Shown piece after piece: positions 9,893 to 19,073 of a stretch of 64,000 nucleotides of DNA. Numbering within the stretch: the first letter of the stretch is position 1; the number at the start of each line of letters is the position of its first letter. Source of the stretch: Planctomycetota bacterium (GTDB lineage Bacteria > Planctomycetota > UBA8108 > SXIK01); assembly GCA_965223265.1 (NCBI GenBank), contig OZ244999.1:2176001-2240000 (forward strand), written 5' to 3'. Made by a program: the position numbers and the translations under genes. The notes below the pieces were generated by a model. It was not told the origin of the DNA, ran no database searches, and saw nothing but the letters and a program-made list of their open reading frames with translations.

Positions 9893-11011
9893 ATGCGCGT
9901 ACTCCTTGTCGACGACTCGAAACTCATGCGTCAACTACACCGCGAAGTGCTCCTTTCGTTCGGCGATTTGGATGTGGTTGAGGCGGAAGATGGGGTGCGT
10001 GCTGTGGAGACGATGCAGGAGTATGGATTCAAGTTCGATCTGATCTTGCTCGATTGGGCGATGCCGCGGATCGACGGGCTGACGTTGGCTCGCGAGATCA
10101 AAGCGGTACCGAGTCTAGCCGAGATACCGATTTTCTTGGTCGCCAGTTCCTCCGACGAACAGCGTCTCCAAGAAGCTTGGGGCGACGCCGCGGATGGGTA
10201 TCTGCTCAAGCCGTTCACGGGTCAGCTCTTTGCCTACGCGCTGTTGTCTCTGCAGCCACGGTTGATTGGCAGCGCTGGTCCCGACGCGTCTCCGCCTTCT
10301 CCACCGACAGAATCTCCTCCGGCCTTTCTGGAGACGTTGGGGGAGGAGATGCGACGGCGCGTCTTGGATATGAGTTTTGTCGTCCAACTGGAGGCCGAGG
10401 AGGTGTTGCTGAGACAGGGTGAATCTCCGACAAACTTCTATTTTGTCGCGCGCGGGGAGATCGATCGCCGCGGACCGGCGCCGCGATCCTACCGCAAAGG
10501 CGACTGCTTCGCGCTCACTGAGGTCATCACTGGCGACCCGGTGGACGCGGACTTCGTCGCTAAGGTTGCGAGCACGGTCGGGCGCGTTCCGAAAGCCGCG
10601 TTTGAAAGCATGATGGGAAGATATCCTGAACTGAGTCGAACCTTGGCCTCTTATCTAGCGAGCGAGGTACGAGGCGCCTCTGGCGTCTCAACTGAGCACG
10701 ATCCGCTTTCCGAGAGCCAACTCACCGCGCTACTAGCTCACCTACAGACGCTTCACTTGCGTCAAACGACCTGTACGATCGCACTACCGGGCGAAGATGC
10801 AGAGTTGGCGATGGTGTGTGGGCAGATCGTCGGTGCGCGCTGTGGCGATCTCGAGGGCGAGGAGGCGTTCTTCGCCATCGCCGAAAAAGGGACGTGCAAC
10901 CGGGAGGTTCGTTTTGACACGCCTTCCTTGCCACCATCGATCTCGAAGCGCACAACACAGCTGCTCATGGAAACCGTGCAGCGAGAGACGGATCCTGCGC
11001 AGCTGATCTGA
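9893..11011 (+). CDS. Response regulator: REC + cyclic-nucleotide-binding + DUF4388/PatA-N-like domain
   Basis: VLLVDDS, ILLDWAMP..DG, YLLKPF; LRQGE....FYFVARG (cNMP fold); GQIVGARCGDLEGEEAFF (DUF4388-like). Alternative TTG start 9860. Confidence 0.8.
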   Translation: MRVLLVDDSKLMRQLHREVLLSFGDLDVVEAEDGVRAVETMQEYGFKFDLILLDWAMPRIDGLTLAREIKAVPSLAEIPIFLVASSSDEQRLQEAWGDAADGYLLKPFTGQLFAYALLSLQPRLIGSAGPDASPPSPPTESPPAFLETLGEEMRRRVLDMSFVVQLEAEEVLLRQGESPTNFYFVARGEIDRRGPAPRSYRKGDCFALTEVITGDPVDADFVAKVASTVGRVPKAAFESMMGRYPELSRTLASYLASEVRGASGVSTEHDPLSESQLTALLAHLQTLHLRQTTCTIALPGEDAELAMVCGQIVGARCGDLEGEEAFFAIAEKGTCNREVRFDTPSLPPSISKRTTQLLMETVQRETDPAQLI

Positions 11012-11057
11012 TGGCCGCACGGCCGTGCCCGGCCCTAGCACTTGGCTAGGGCTGCAT

Positions 11058-12465
11058 CATAGATTGGATGTTAGTAAGTCTCATCGTGGCGATGACTTAC
11101 GACGATTCATCGACGGGGCGCTGGTTTTCGCGTAAAAAAACCCTCCACAGCTCATCGCCAAACAAGAAGTGGAGGGCAAACAATGAGCCACGATTTTATC
11201 CGGTGTGCGTCTGCGTTGAAACGGGTCCTCTCGGAAAAAAGCATCAACACGATCGCGTCCGAAGCAGTTTTCTTCGAGCGGCTGCGAAAGTTCACGCCTA
11301 TTCGTGCGGTCTGGACGTTCGTGACCGCGATGGGATCGGGAACGACAAACAGTCTCGCGGCAGTCTTGAGACTGTTTACCGATCTGACGGGCGAGTCGAT
11401 GTCCTACAAGCCGTTCCACGATCGCCTTTCAGTTCCCGGCTTTCCGGAGTTCATGCGTAAGACGCTGGCCTTGTTCATGAGCGAGTTGTCCGATCCCATT
11501 CGACACGGCAGATCACGGTATCTTCGGCGATTCGAAGACATCGTTGCGCAGGACGGGAGCTCGTTCGAGGTAAATGATTCACTCGTCGATTACTTCCCAG
11601 GACGATTTACGAAGATCTCCCCTGCAGCGATCGAAGTGCACTGCACGTACAGTCTCTACGACGGCCAACCGGTAGCGGTGGCTGTCGCGCCCGATAGTGA
11701 AACAGAGCGAGACTTCCTTCCTGAGCCGGAAGAGGTTGCCGGCAAACTCATCCTGGGGGACAAGGGGTACACCAGTTACGAGTATCCCGCTCGGGTGAGA
11801 GCCGCGGGCGGGGATTTCCTCGGCCGCATGAGCCACAAGGCGTTCAATCCCAAGATCCGCAAGTGCTACCGTGGTCCCTTCAAGCACCGCACAACGGAAG
11901 GGATGAAACTTCGCGATCTGAAACTTCCCAAGAGCAACGTCGATCTGCTTATCGAAGGGAAAGGCCACTGCCTTCGGCTCGTCATCTTCTATGTGAGACA
12001 CAAGGACGTCCACGTGTACCTGTTGACTACGCTGTGCCCTAGAGCGTTTCCACCGAGCATCGTCGCGGCTCTCTACAGACTGCGTTGGCAGATCGAGCTC
12101 TTTTTCAAAGAATGCAAGTCGTTCACCAACTTGCGGAAGTTCCAGACAAAGGATCCTCACATCGTCGAGGGACTCGTCTGGGCGAGCATGCTCGCCGTGC
12201 TTGTCCGAAGGTTCCTACTCTATTCAGCGTTTCGAAACACAGGGAAGCATGCCGCACCGTTCATCGCCGCCGACCTGAGCTGGACATTCTTCAGGGACGT
12301 CGGGCGAGCTTGCATCTCGAAGCCGCGCTCCCTTGTCGCGATGCTCAAACGCGTTCTTCTCCTCTTGCGATCGACAGCCGGACGAACGAATCCGCAAACG
12401 AAGAACGCCTTCGAGACCGTAGACATCGATCCCATAATCGGTTACGGCTAACCTCCCAATCTATG
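11058..12465 (+). mobile_element. IS4-family insertion sequence (1408 bp)
   Basis: Terminal IRs CATAGATTGGATGTTAG / CTAACCTCCCAATCTATG; 10-bp direct repeat AGGGCTGCAT at 11048-11057 and 12466-12475. Confidence 0.92.
11183..12451 (+). CDS. IS4-family DDE transposase
   Basis: AQDGS, GDKGY, Y-RL-R-WQI-E-LFFKEC-K (YREK signature); intact 422-aa ORF. Confidence 0.93.
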   Translation: MSHDFIRCASALKRVLSEKSINTIASEAVFFERLRKFTPIRAVWTFVTAMGSGTTNSLAAVLRLFTDLTGESMSYKPFHDRLSVPGFPEFMRKTLALFMSELSDPIRHGRSRYLRRFEDIVAQDGSSFEVNDSLVDYFPGRFTKISPAAIEVHCTYSLYDGQPVAVAVAPDSETERDFLPEPEEVAGKLILGDKGYTSYEYPARVRAAGGDFLGRMSHKAFNPKIRKCYRGPFKHRTTEGMKLRDLKLPKSNVDLLIEGKGHCLRLVIFYVRHKDVHVYLLTTLCPRAFPPSIVAALYRLRWQIELFFKECKSFTNLRKFQTKDPHIVEGLVWASMLAVLVRRFLLYSAFRNTGKHAAPFIAADLSWTFFRDVGRACISKPRSLVAMLKRVLLLLRSTAGRTNPQTKNAFETVDIDPIIGYG

Positions 12466-12565
12466 AGGGCTGCATAGCCCGCTTTGACCTTGGGCGCTGT
12501 TGCGATTGCAATCATCCGCGGTATCGCCGAGGATCATTCTCTTTCGCGTCTTGCAGTTCGTTGTC

Positions 12566-12728
12566 GTGCTTCGAGCCAAAAACTGGCTTTTTCACAGCCA
12601 GATCGGCCGCCACCAGCGCAGGTGATCTCCGAGCCCTCTTTAGGGTATTACGGCGAGTATTGACGCAGTCGAGCTGGGCGTGAAGAGGCCGGTTTGTCGG
12701 CCGAATAATTCTTTCAACGGGCCATTAG
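12566..12728. repeat. Decayed copy of ~160-bp MITE family
   Basis: Shares GTGCTTCGAGCC..AAACTGG, CCAGATCGGC, ATTGACGC.GTCGAGCTGGGCGTGAAGAGGCC, TTTCAACGGGC with copies at 40914 and 41581; left terminus missing. Confidence 0.8.
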
Positions 12729-12757
12729 GCCAGGAGCGTTTTGCGACGGGAGGTCGG

Positions 12758-13786
12758 GTGGAGTCGGCGTACTTGACTCAACCGGGTGCGATCGAGATTC
12801 GGGAAGTCGATCGTCCTCAGCCAGGACCTGGCGAGATCTTACTGCGCATCGATTTCGCTCTCACTTCTGGGACTGATCTGAAGGCGTTTCGTCGCGGGCA
12901 TCCATTAATTCCCATGCCCGGTCCCTTTGGTCATCGGTACGTCGGCCACGTCGAGTGCGTCGGACGGGGAGTGCGAACGTTTGAAGTCGGAACCCCTGTA
13001 TGGGGCGTTCATAGCGCTCCATGCGGCCAGTGTCGACCGTGTGTTCGGGGGCGCCCGAATCTTTGTGTGCAGCTTCGGGAGAATCTCGTCGTCGGCGCCT
13101 TCGCGCAGTTCTTTCGTCTTCCGAGTGCGGTCGTCGCGCAGAATCTACTCGTACGCCCCAGCTCTGTCGAACCGCTCGACGCGGCCCTTCTCGAGCCTGT
13201 CAGCTGTGTCGTGCATGCTCTCGAGCGCCTTGATTGGCGCGGCGTCGACCGTGTCCTCATCATCGGCCTAGGATCTATGGGGCTCCTCTTTTGTCGATTG
13301 CTCTCCCTCTACACTTCGGCCGAAGTCTTCGCCCTCGGCCGTCGACAAACGCGCCGAGATCGAGCTGCCGCTTTTGGCGCTCAGGTCTTCGCCGACACTG
13401 AAGTTTTGGCAAGCGATCGCTCGGCTGGATCGTTCGACTGTGTCATCGAATGCACCGGCGCCGAGAGTGGGTGGACGCTCGCCGCGGCGGCGGCGTCTCC
13501 AGGCGGGCAGGTTCTCTTCTTCGGCGGGCTGCCGCGCGGGACTTCGCTAGCGTTCGACACGCACCGGTTACACTACGAAGAGTTACGATTTGACGGTTGC
13601 TTCCACTTCGGACCACAGGACGTCCGTCGCGCAGCCGACCTGATTGAGGGAGAAGAAGTGAGAGCCACACAGTTCGTTGATGGCAGCTTCGCGCTACGGG
13701 ATCTCGTCAAAGCGCTTGAGAAGATGGCGCAAGGTGATGGAATACAGTACGCGATCGACCCGTGGCGGAGCGAAGATCGTTCATGA
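12758..13786 (+). CDS. Zn-binding medium-chain dehydrogenase (sorbitol/threonine DH-like), catalytic Zn site degenerate
   Basis: Structural Zn CGQCRPC..C, GLGSMG, DCVIECTG; ALTSGTD and GHR where family has C.TD and GHE; GTG start after GGAGG. Confidence 0.82.
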   Translation: MESAYLTQPGAIEIREVDRPQPGPGEILLRIDFALTSGTDLKAFRRGHPLIPMPGPFGHRYVGHVECVGRGVRTFEVGTPVWGVHSAPCGQCRPCVRGRPNLCVQLRENLVVGAFAQFFRLPSAVVAQNLLVRPSSVEPLDAALLEPVSCVVHALERLDWRGVDRVLIIGLGSMGLLFCRLLSLYTSAEVFALGRRQTRRDRAAAFGAQVFADTEVLASDRSAGSFDCVIECTGAESGWTLAAAAASPGGQVLFFGGLPRGTSLAFDTHRLHYEELRFDGCFHFGPQDVRRAADLIEGEEVRATQFVDGSFALRDLVKALEKMAQGDGIQYAIDPWRSEDRS

Positions 13787-14823
13787 CGCGCCCAACCATG
13801 CACCAAGGAATGATCGTGAGCGCGACGACGTTCTCCGTCGAGCGTGTCGAACGACCTGAGCTTCAGGACGAAGAAGATCTTCTTTTGCGTACCGCCGCTA
13901 GTGGCATTTGTTCGGGTGATCTGATGGAGTGGTATCTCCAGAGAAAAGTAGGCACCGTCCTCGGGCACGAAGTTGTCGGGTATGCGCACGAGGTCGGCTC
14001 ATCAGTTCGGCACATATCTCCAGGCCAGCTCGTCTTCGTGCATCACCATGCGCCGTGCGGCGACTGCAGATTCTGCCATGCGGGAGATCATGTGCAGTGC
14101 GACGTTTGGCGGCAGAGCTATCTCGACCCCGGAGGCATGGCGGAGTACATTCGCGTGCCGGCGATCAACGTACGGCACGATACGTTTGTCATTGAGGATC
14201 TTTCGTCTGACGTCGGAGTGTTCATCGAGCCTCTTGCGTGTTCCGTCAAGGCGCTGCAGCGCGTCGCGGACCAACCACGAGATTTTGGCGTTGTCGTCGG
14301 TTGCGGAGTCATGGGGCTCCTGTCGCTTGGGTGCTCGCAAGCTCTTGGCGTCAAGGAGATGTGGGCAGTTGATTTCGACGAAAGACGATTGAGAGTCGCG
14401 AGGGAAATTGGTGCTTCGCAGGCGCTGAGACCTGACTCCGCGTTGGCCGCGAGCGCGTCGCGTCCAGCCGCGGAGCGCGCCGACTTCGTCGTCGTCGGTC
14501 CCGGATCATCCGAGGCGATCCGGCAGGCTCTCGAATACGTTCGACCTGGCGGCGTTGTCGTTCTCTTTACACCGACGCCCACTGGCATTGAGACCAGCCT
14601 TGACCTAGGCGATCTCTACTTCAAGGACATCGCGATCGTTCCCTCCTATTCATGCGGTCCACAGGACACGCGGATGGCCTACGAGCTCTTGCGGGAAGGA
14701 CGGATCGATGTGCGCCGTTTGATCACGCACCGATTTCGCCTCGCCGAGCTGCAACGAGCTTATGACACCGCGAAGCGAGGTGGCGAGGCGCTCAAGGTGT
14801 TGGTCGAGTTCGATGCGCCCTGA
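13783..14823 (+). CDS. Zn-dependent medium-chain dehydrogenase
   Basis: GICSGD, GHE, CGDCRFC...C, EPLAC, GCGVMG; ATGA overlap with upstream stop. Confidence 0.88.
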   Translation: MTRPTMHQGMIVSATTFSVERVERPELQDEEDLLLRTAASGICSGDLMEWYLQRKVGTVLGHEVVGYAHEVGSSVRHISPGQLVFVHHHAPCGDCRFCHAGDHVQCDVWRQSYLDPGGMAEYIRVPAINVRHDTFVIEDLSSDVGVFIEPLACSVKALQRVADQPRDFGVVVGCGVMGLLSLGCSQALGVKEMWAVDFDERRLRVAREIGASQALRPDSALAASASRPAAERADFVVVGPGSSEAIRQALEYVRPGGVVVLFTPTPTGIETSLDLGDLYFKDIAIVPSYSCGPQDTRMAYELLREGRIDVRRLITHRFRLAELQRAYDTAKRGGEALKVLVEFDAP

Positions 14824-14866
14824 CGAGGCGGAACCGCATGCAAACTTGAGGGTTCTTTCCGACGAC

Positions 14867-16255
14867 TCATGGCGCGTTTGACGTCGACTTCGGTGCGATG
14901 CGCAGCCAGAGATCCCGCGTCGGCTGCAGCGTTGTCAGCGGCCGTGGTCGAAGCGGGCGATCGTCGAGGGGCTCGAACGCGAAGTCCCGGCAGAGGACCG
15001 CGCTGGCGGTCTGCAGAATGAGAAGGGCCAGGTGGTTCCCGATGCAGAGACGTGGGCCGCCGCCGAATGGCAGGTAGGCGAATCGTGGTGTCGTTTCACG
15101 CTCGCCGGGAGAGAATCGATCCGGCCGGTACTCGGTCGGCTTCTGCCAGTGGGCGGGCAGTCGGTGGGTGACGTAGGGGCTGATCAAAAGCGTCGCTGCT
15201 GCGGGAATTTCATATCCCGACAGCTCATCTGCTTCGCGGGCGGTGCGAACCATGATCCATCCCGGTGGGTAGAGACGTAGCGCCTCGTGCACAACCTGAA
15301 GGGTGTAGGGTAGTTCAGCATGGGCGAGTCCCTGCTGTGTCGTTGCCGATTCGCTCTCCGCGGCAACCCTGGCACGAACATCCGGATGGCGGCTCAGCAG
15401 ATATGCGTTCCAGGTGAGAGCCGCCGCTGTGGTTTCGTGAGCCGCGAAGAGAAGAGTGACGACTTCGTCACGCGCCTGACGGTCGGCCTCTGGGCTCGCT
15501 GCTTTGTCTGATCTCTCTGAGTTCGCCGAAGCGACGAGCCGCGAAAGTACGTCATCTCTCTCCGCGCCAGTTTCTTTGCGGCGAGCAATCATTGCGTACA
15601 CGATGCGATTGATCACCTGAATCGCACGCCGGAACCGAATAGCTCCCGGCGTCGGGATCGTCGACGGTACCGCGAGCGGCATCCAGGCACGGACGTAGAT
15701 ATGCCGCTGCGCCACTTTCAGCGCCGACTGCAGGGCAGAGGCCTCTTCACCCAACGCACTGCCGAAGAGTACGTCCAGCAGCAACTCTTGCGTGAGCCTG
15801 TTCATGAGCGCTGAGATATTCGTCGGGGCTTCTTTCGTGCCGATGGCGTAGCGGCACGACCTGAGTACGTCGTTAGCGAGATTGCTCGTGTGGCGGCGTA
15901 CGCTCTGAGTCGTGAAAAGCGGCTGCAACAAGCGTCGCTGCTGGTGCCACAGCTCTCCTTCACTTGTCGCTAAACCGTTGCCGAGAAGTGGGCGGGTAAC
16001 GCTGAGGCCGCGACCTTTCCAGTAGTTCTGTGCATTGTCCTGAAGTACGTGCTGAATCGCGTCGGGAGACGAGACGAGATAGATGTCATGACGCATGAAT
16101 CGCATGCGAGCGACCGGGCCGTAGTCTTGTGCCACTCGTTCCAAGTATTCGAGCGGCCGCCGAAACATCTCAGGGAGAATGCCGACAAACGGATAGCCTC
16201 GAGGACCCGGAGGCGAGGGATTTGAGTGGGTGTTCCTCGTAGTGACTGAAGGCAT
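14867..16255 (-). CDS. Cytochrome P450
   Basis: PPGPRG, AAHETT (I-helix), EALR, PDRF, FGGGPRLCIG heme Cys; ATG 16255 just after upstream stop. Confidence 0.93.
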   Translation of the reverse strand: MPSVTTRNTHSNPSPPGPRGYPFVGILPEMFRRPLEYLERVAQDYGPVARMRFMRHDIYLVSSPDAIQHVLQDNAQNYWKGRGLSVTRPLLGNGLATSEGELWHQQRRLLQPLFTTQSVRRHTSNLANDVLRSCRYAIGTKEAPTNISALMNRLTQELLLDVLFGSALGEEASALQSALKVAQRHIYVRAWMPLAVPSTIPTPGAIRFRRAIQVINRIVYAMIARRKETGAERDDVLSRLVASANSERSDKAASPEADRQARDEVVTLLFAAHETTAAALTWNAYLLSRHPDVRARVAAESESATTQQGLAHAELPYTLQVVHEALRLYPPGWIMVRTAREADELSGYEIPAAATLLISPYVTHRLPAHWQKPTEYRPDRFSPGERETTPRFAYLPFGGGPRLCIGNHLALLILQTASAVLCRDFAFEPLDDRPLRPRPLTTLQPTRDLWLRIAPKSTSNAP

Positions 16256-16260
16256 CGGTT

Positions 16261-17628
16261 TCAACGCTGGGATAGCAGAAATCCCGTTCGTAGCGCGAGC
16301 GCGACGAGAGCGACGCCGATGACCCACGCGATCAACTTGAGGAACGTCGCCGTACCGCGGGAGAGGGAGGACTTCTGTGGCGGCTCCGGTGGTGCGTCGA
16401 TCGTCGTGCCGGCCAGGCTCGACCTTTGGTGATTCTGGGCGTCTGCTTTCGATGGGACTCGTACGGTCTTCGGCGGCGTGACCGTTTCGCCATGACCCGC
16501 GGGCAGTGTCGTGGCGGTCGTTTGATCGCTTTCGCTTCCCGCGTTCAGGGGCGGCCTGTGCTTGTGGTCCTCATTCGGACCGATCAGCGACAACTCCTGA
16601 TAACCCAAGTTGAGCGGGTCGCTCGTCGGGTTGGGACCGGAGCGTGGGCCACGGGCCGCGCCGCGAACCGACTCAAGCACATCGGGGTCCGCGGGATCGA
16701 AGCCTAGCACCGATTCTGCCAGCTCTTCCTCTTTTTTACCCCACGTCAGCGGGATGCTGGGACCGCTGAGCCATTCCGGTGCCGTCGTACAGCTGCAGCT
16801 CTTGCCGAGCATTTCGAACCAGTTGTAGAGGGTTTCTGCCCGAATTGCGGCGCCGCGCAGCACGGAGGCGCGCTGCTCTCCGCGGCCGACGAGCATGATC
16901 GCCCGCGGCCCTGAACTCGCGGTCTCTCGTAGGCGCAAGCTCCACAGCAAGACGCGTTCAGCCGGATCGTCGTGCGCCACCTCAAGAACGCGAGGCGGTG
17001 AGCTGATGATGAGGCCAAGCTCGGTGTGATGGCCGCGGATGCGCTCGACGGCGCGGTGAATCGCCTGACGTGCGGTCGCATTCGCGCTGTCGTCGGCGCC
17101 GCAAATGAGCAAGACCACACACCAGTTTCGCAGCAAGGATTCGCGGATCGTACGGCGAACCGGTGAGGTAACGACACGCTCGGCGAGTGCGAAGAGAACC
17201 TGCCGGTCGGCGAGGGGCTTGTTGCTGAGATTGAGTGCGCGTCCCGAACGATCCAACAGGACCGCGGTCGGCTCTCGCTGCGACTTGGCGTCCAAGTCAC
17301 TGTCCTCCGGGCTCGACGCGTGAGCGAAAAGTGGTTCGCTGGGTGCGCGTGAGCGGACCGAGACGTTGGTTTCGGCGAGCCACGCCGCCTGCATCGCCGC
17401 CAGGTGGCTGTCGAAAACGTCGGCAGCGGCGGCGTTCTCCTCGCCGCTACTGCGGACATAAAGAGTAAACGCTGCGTCCGAATTCTCGCGCGTCAGGAAG
17501 GCCGCGTCGCGGATCGAATAGGGGCAGGCATGAGCAGTGAAAGAGGCGAAGATCCCGGCCAGAAGGAAGGCCGCAGGGACGTGGAGCGACTGCCCCGAGA
17601 TGCGCGACGCCCGCGGTGCCGCGGTCAT
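16261..17628 (-). CDS. Exported hypothetical protein with Cys motifs and C-terminal membrane anchor
   Basis: Signal peptide ending AHA|CPYSIRD, internal CSC motif, Pro/Thr-rich linker, C-terminal hydrophobic helix; 4-bp overlap with upstream permease. Confidence 0.7.
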   Translation of the reverse strand: MTAAPRASRISGQSLHVPAAFLLAGIFASFTAHACPYSIRDAAFLTRENSDAAFTLYVRSSGEENAAAADVFDSHLAAMQAAWLAETNVSVRSRAPSEPLFAHASSPEDSDLDAKSQREPTAVLLDRSGRALNLSNKPLADRQVLFALAERVVTSPVRRTIRESLLRNWCVVLLICGADDSANATARQAIHRAVERIRGHHTELGLIISSPPRVLEVAHDDPAERVLLWSLRLRETASSGPRAIMLVGRGEQRASVLRGAAIRAETLYNWFEMLGKSCSCTTAPEWLSGPSIPLTWGKKEEELAESVLGFDPADPDVLESVRGAARGPRSGPNPTSDPLNLGYQELSLIGPNEDHKHRPPLNAGSESDQTTATTLPAGHGETVTPPKTVRVPSKADAQNHQRSSLAGTTIDAPPEPPQKSSLSRGTATFLKLIAWVIGVALVALALRTGFLLSQR

Positions 17629-18896
17629 TGAAGTTCCCTGAGGATGTCCGCGGGGTCCTGAACCACTGCGGTCAGCGTCGGCAGGTAACTGGCCATAGCG
17701 CTAATGAGCGGTGCACCGAGAAGCGCACAGGCTATAACTTCTCCAGTCAAGTTGAGCTCTTCGGCTGACAGCTCTAGTCGACTGACACCGAGATGCTGCG
17801 CCAACCAAAAACCGACCGGCAGCCCAATCGCGGCGCCCAAGAATCCCTGAGCGATTGCCTTGCCGAGAAAGATTCCTCCGATCTTGAACGAGCCGATTCC
17901 GAGGGCGCGGAAGATGCCGATTTCGCCACGGCGCTCCCGCACGTTGGACCAGGCAAGAAATCCGATCCAAGCGGCGCACACCAGTATGACGAGCGGGATC
18001 GCGACGGTGGCGGCTTGCTCGAGGCGTGATTGATCACGGTCACGGTTGGCTTCCATCGCTTCGAGAGCGCGGGTCTTTTGCTCGGCGACGAGGTCGCGCT
18101 GCTCCGCGCGCGCCAGCGCGATCGAGCGGAATTCTGTGATTTTCGTATCTGGAAGAACGGCTTCCAGTTCCTTCCGCACTTTTGGAAGTCGTTCGCCCTG
18201 GCACCGACAGCCCAGTGCGAGGATCTGATTGATCTTTCCCTTTTTGTCGAGGAGTCGCTGCGCATCCGAAAGATGCATCGCGAGCGTGATGTCCTGTTTG
18301 CTGCCCATCTCGCGAATCAACCGCGCGACCCGAAACGTTTCCCCGAGGATCTCGATCTCGTCGTCCGCTTTATGATCTCCGTGAAGCTCGTAACCCAAGT
18401 AGACCGTTCCAGGCTCTATGTCGTATCCCATCGGGGTTTTCTTGGCGCGGTGCGCTTGTGGAGTCTCCTTCAGGTGGCCGACAAGGAGCACCCGTCTCTT
18501 GTTCCACTTGATCTTTTTCTGCAGCGTTGCGACCAGGTGAGTGACGAGCGTGATGCTGCGGGCGCCCGCAAGACGGTCGACGTATTCCTGGGGCATGTCG
18601 ACGGTGCTGAAATCGTCGTTCCAAAAATCCGCCATATTGGTATCGCGGTGAACGACGAGAAGATTGAATCCCATATCGCGCATGGTCTTTCGCGTTTCGT
18701 CATCGAGTCGCGCGAGCTCAGCGTTCGCCGCCTTTTTCTCTGCGTCAACGAGTCTCGCCGTCTCTGCCTGGTAGCCGTCGATCAGTGTCGGACCGGCGAT
18801 AAAGAACGCAGCGGCGATGGCGATCGCGGCGACGCCGAGAATGAAATTGAGACGGCGGAAGCAGATCTCCTCGAAGATCATCTTCAAAAGACCCAT
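17625..18896 (-). CDS. FtsX/MacB-like ABC permease
   Basis: N-terminal TM, large periplasmic domain, NVRERRGEIGIFRALG signature, C-terminal TMs ending DPADILRE. Confidence 0.88.
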   Translation of the reverse strand: MGLLKMIFEEICFRRLNFILGVAAIAIAAAFFIAGPTLIDGYQAETARLVDAEKKAANAELARLDDETRKTMRDMGFNLLVVHRDTNMADFWNDDFSTVDMPQEYVDRLAGARSITLVTHLVATLQKKIKWNKRRVLLVGHLKETPQAHRAKKTPMGYDIEPGTVYLGYELHGDHKADDEIEILGETFRVARLIREMGSKQDITLAMHLSDAQRLLDKKGKINQILALGCRCQGERLPKVRKELEAVLPDTKITEFRSIALARAEQRDLVAEQKTRALEAMEANRDRDQSRLEQAATVAIPLVILVCAAWIGFLAWSNVRERRGEIGIFRALGIGSFKIGGIFLGKAIAQGFLGAAIGLPVGFWLAQHLGVSRLELSAEELNLTGEVIACALLGAPLISAMASYLPTLTAVVQDPADILRELQ

Positions 18897-18976
18897 GGTG
18901 AAACTCCGATTCAGAATGCCGGCGGGAATCGTCTACGGCAGCACGACAATGTTCTCACGAGCGCGCCCTGCCGCTG

Positions 18977-19004
18977 ATTCTACCGGATCGCAGCGGGGGG
19001 TCAA
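18977..19004 (-). promoter_or_regulatory. Putative sigma70 promoter for permease operon
   Basis: Minus strand TTGACC-N16-TAGAAT ~80 bp upstream of the ATG. Confidence 0.5.
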
Positions 19005-19073
19005 ACAGACGGGGAGCTCGGTGGGCGGCCGCTCGGGAGTGAGTGGGCGTGGTCGATCGGCTGTGGACGTACG

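Noticed and set aside
12680-12757. N-terminal extension of first dehydrogenase
   Set aside because: Lies within the MITE remnant; GTG 12758 has a GGAGG RBS and matches the family start
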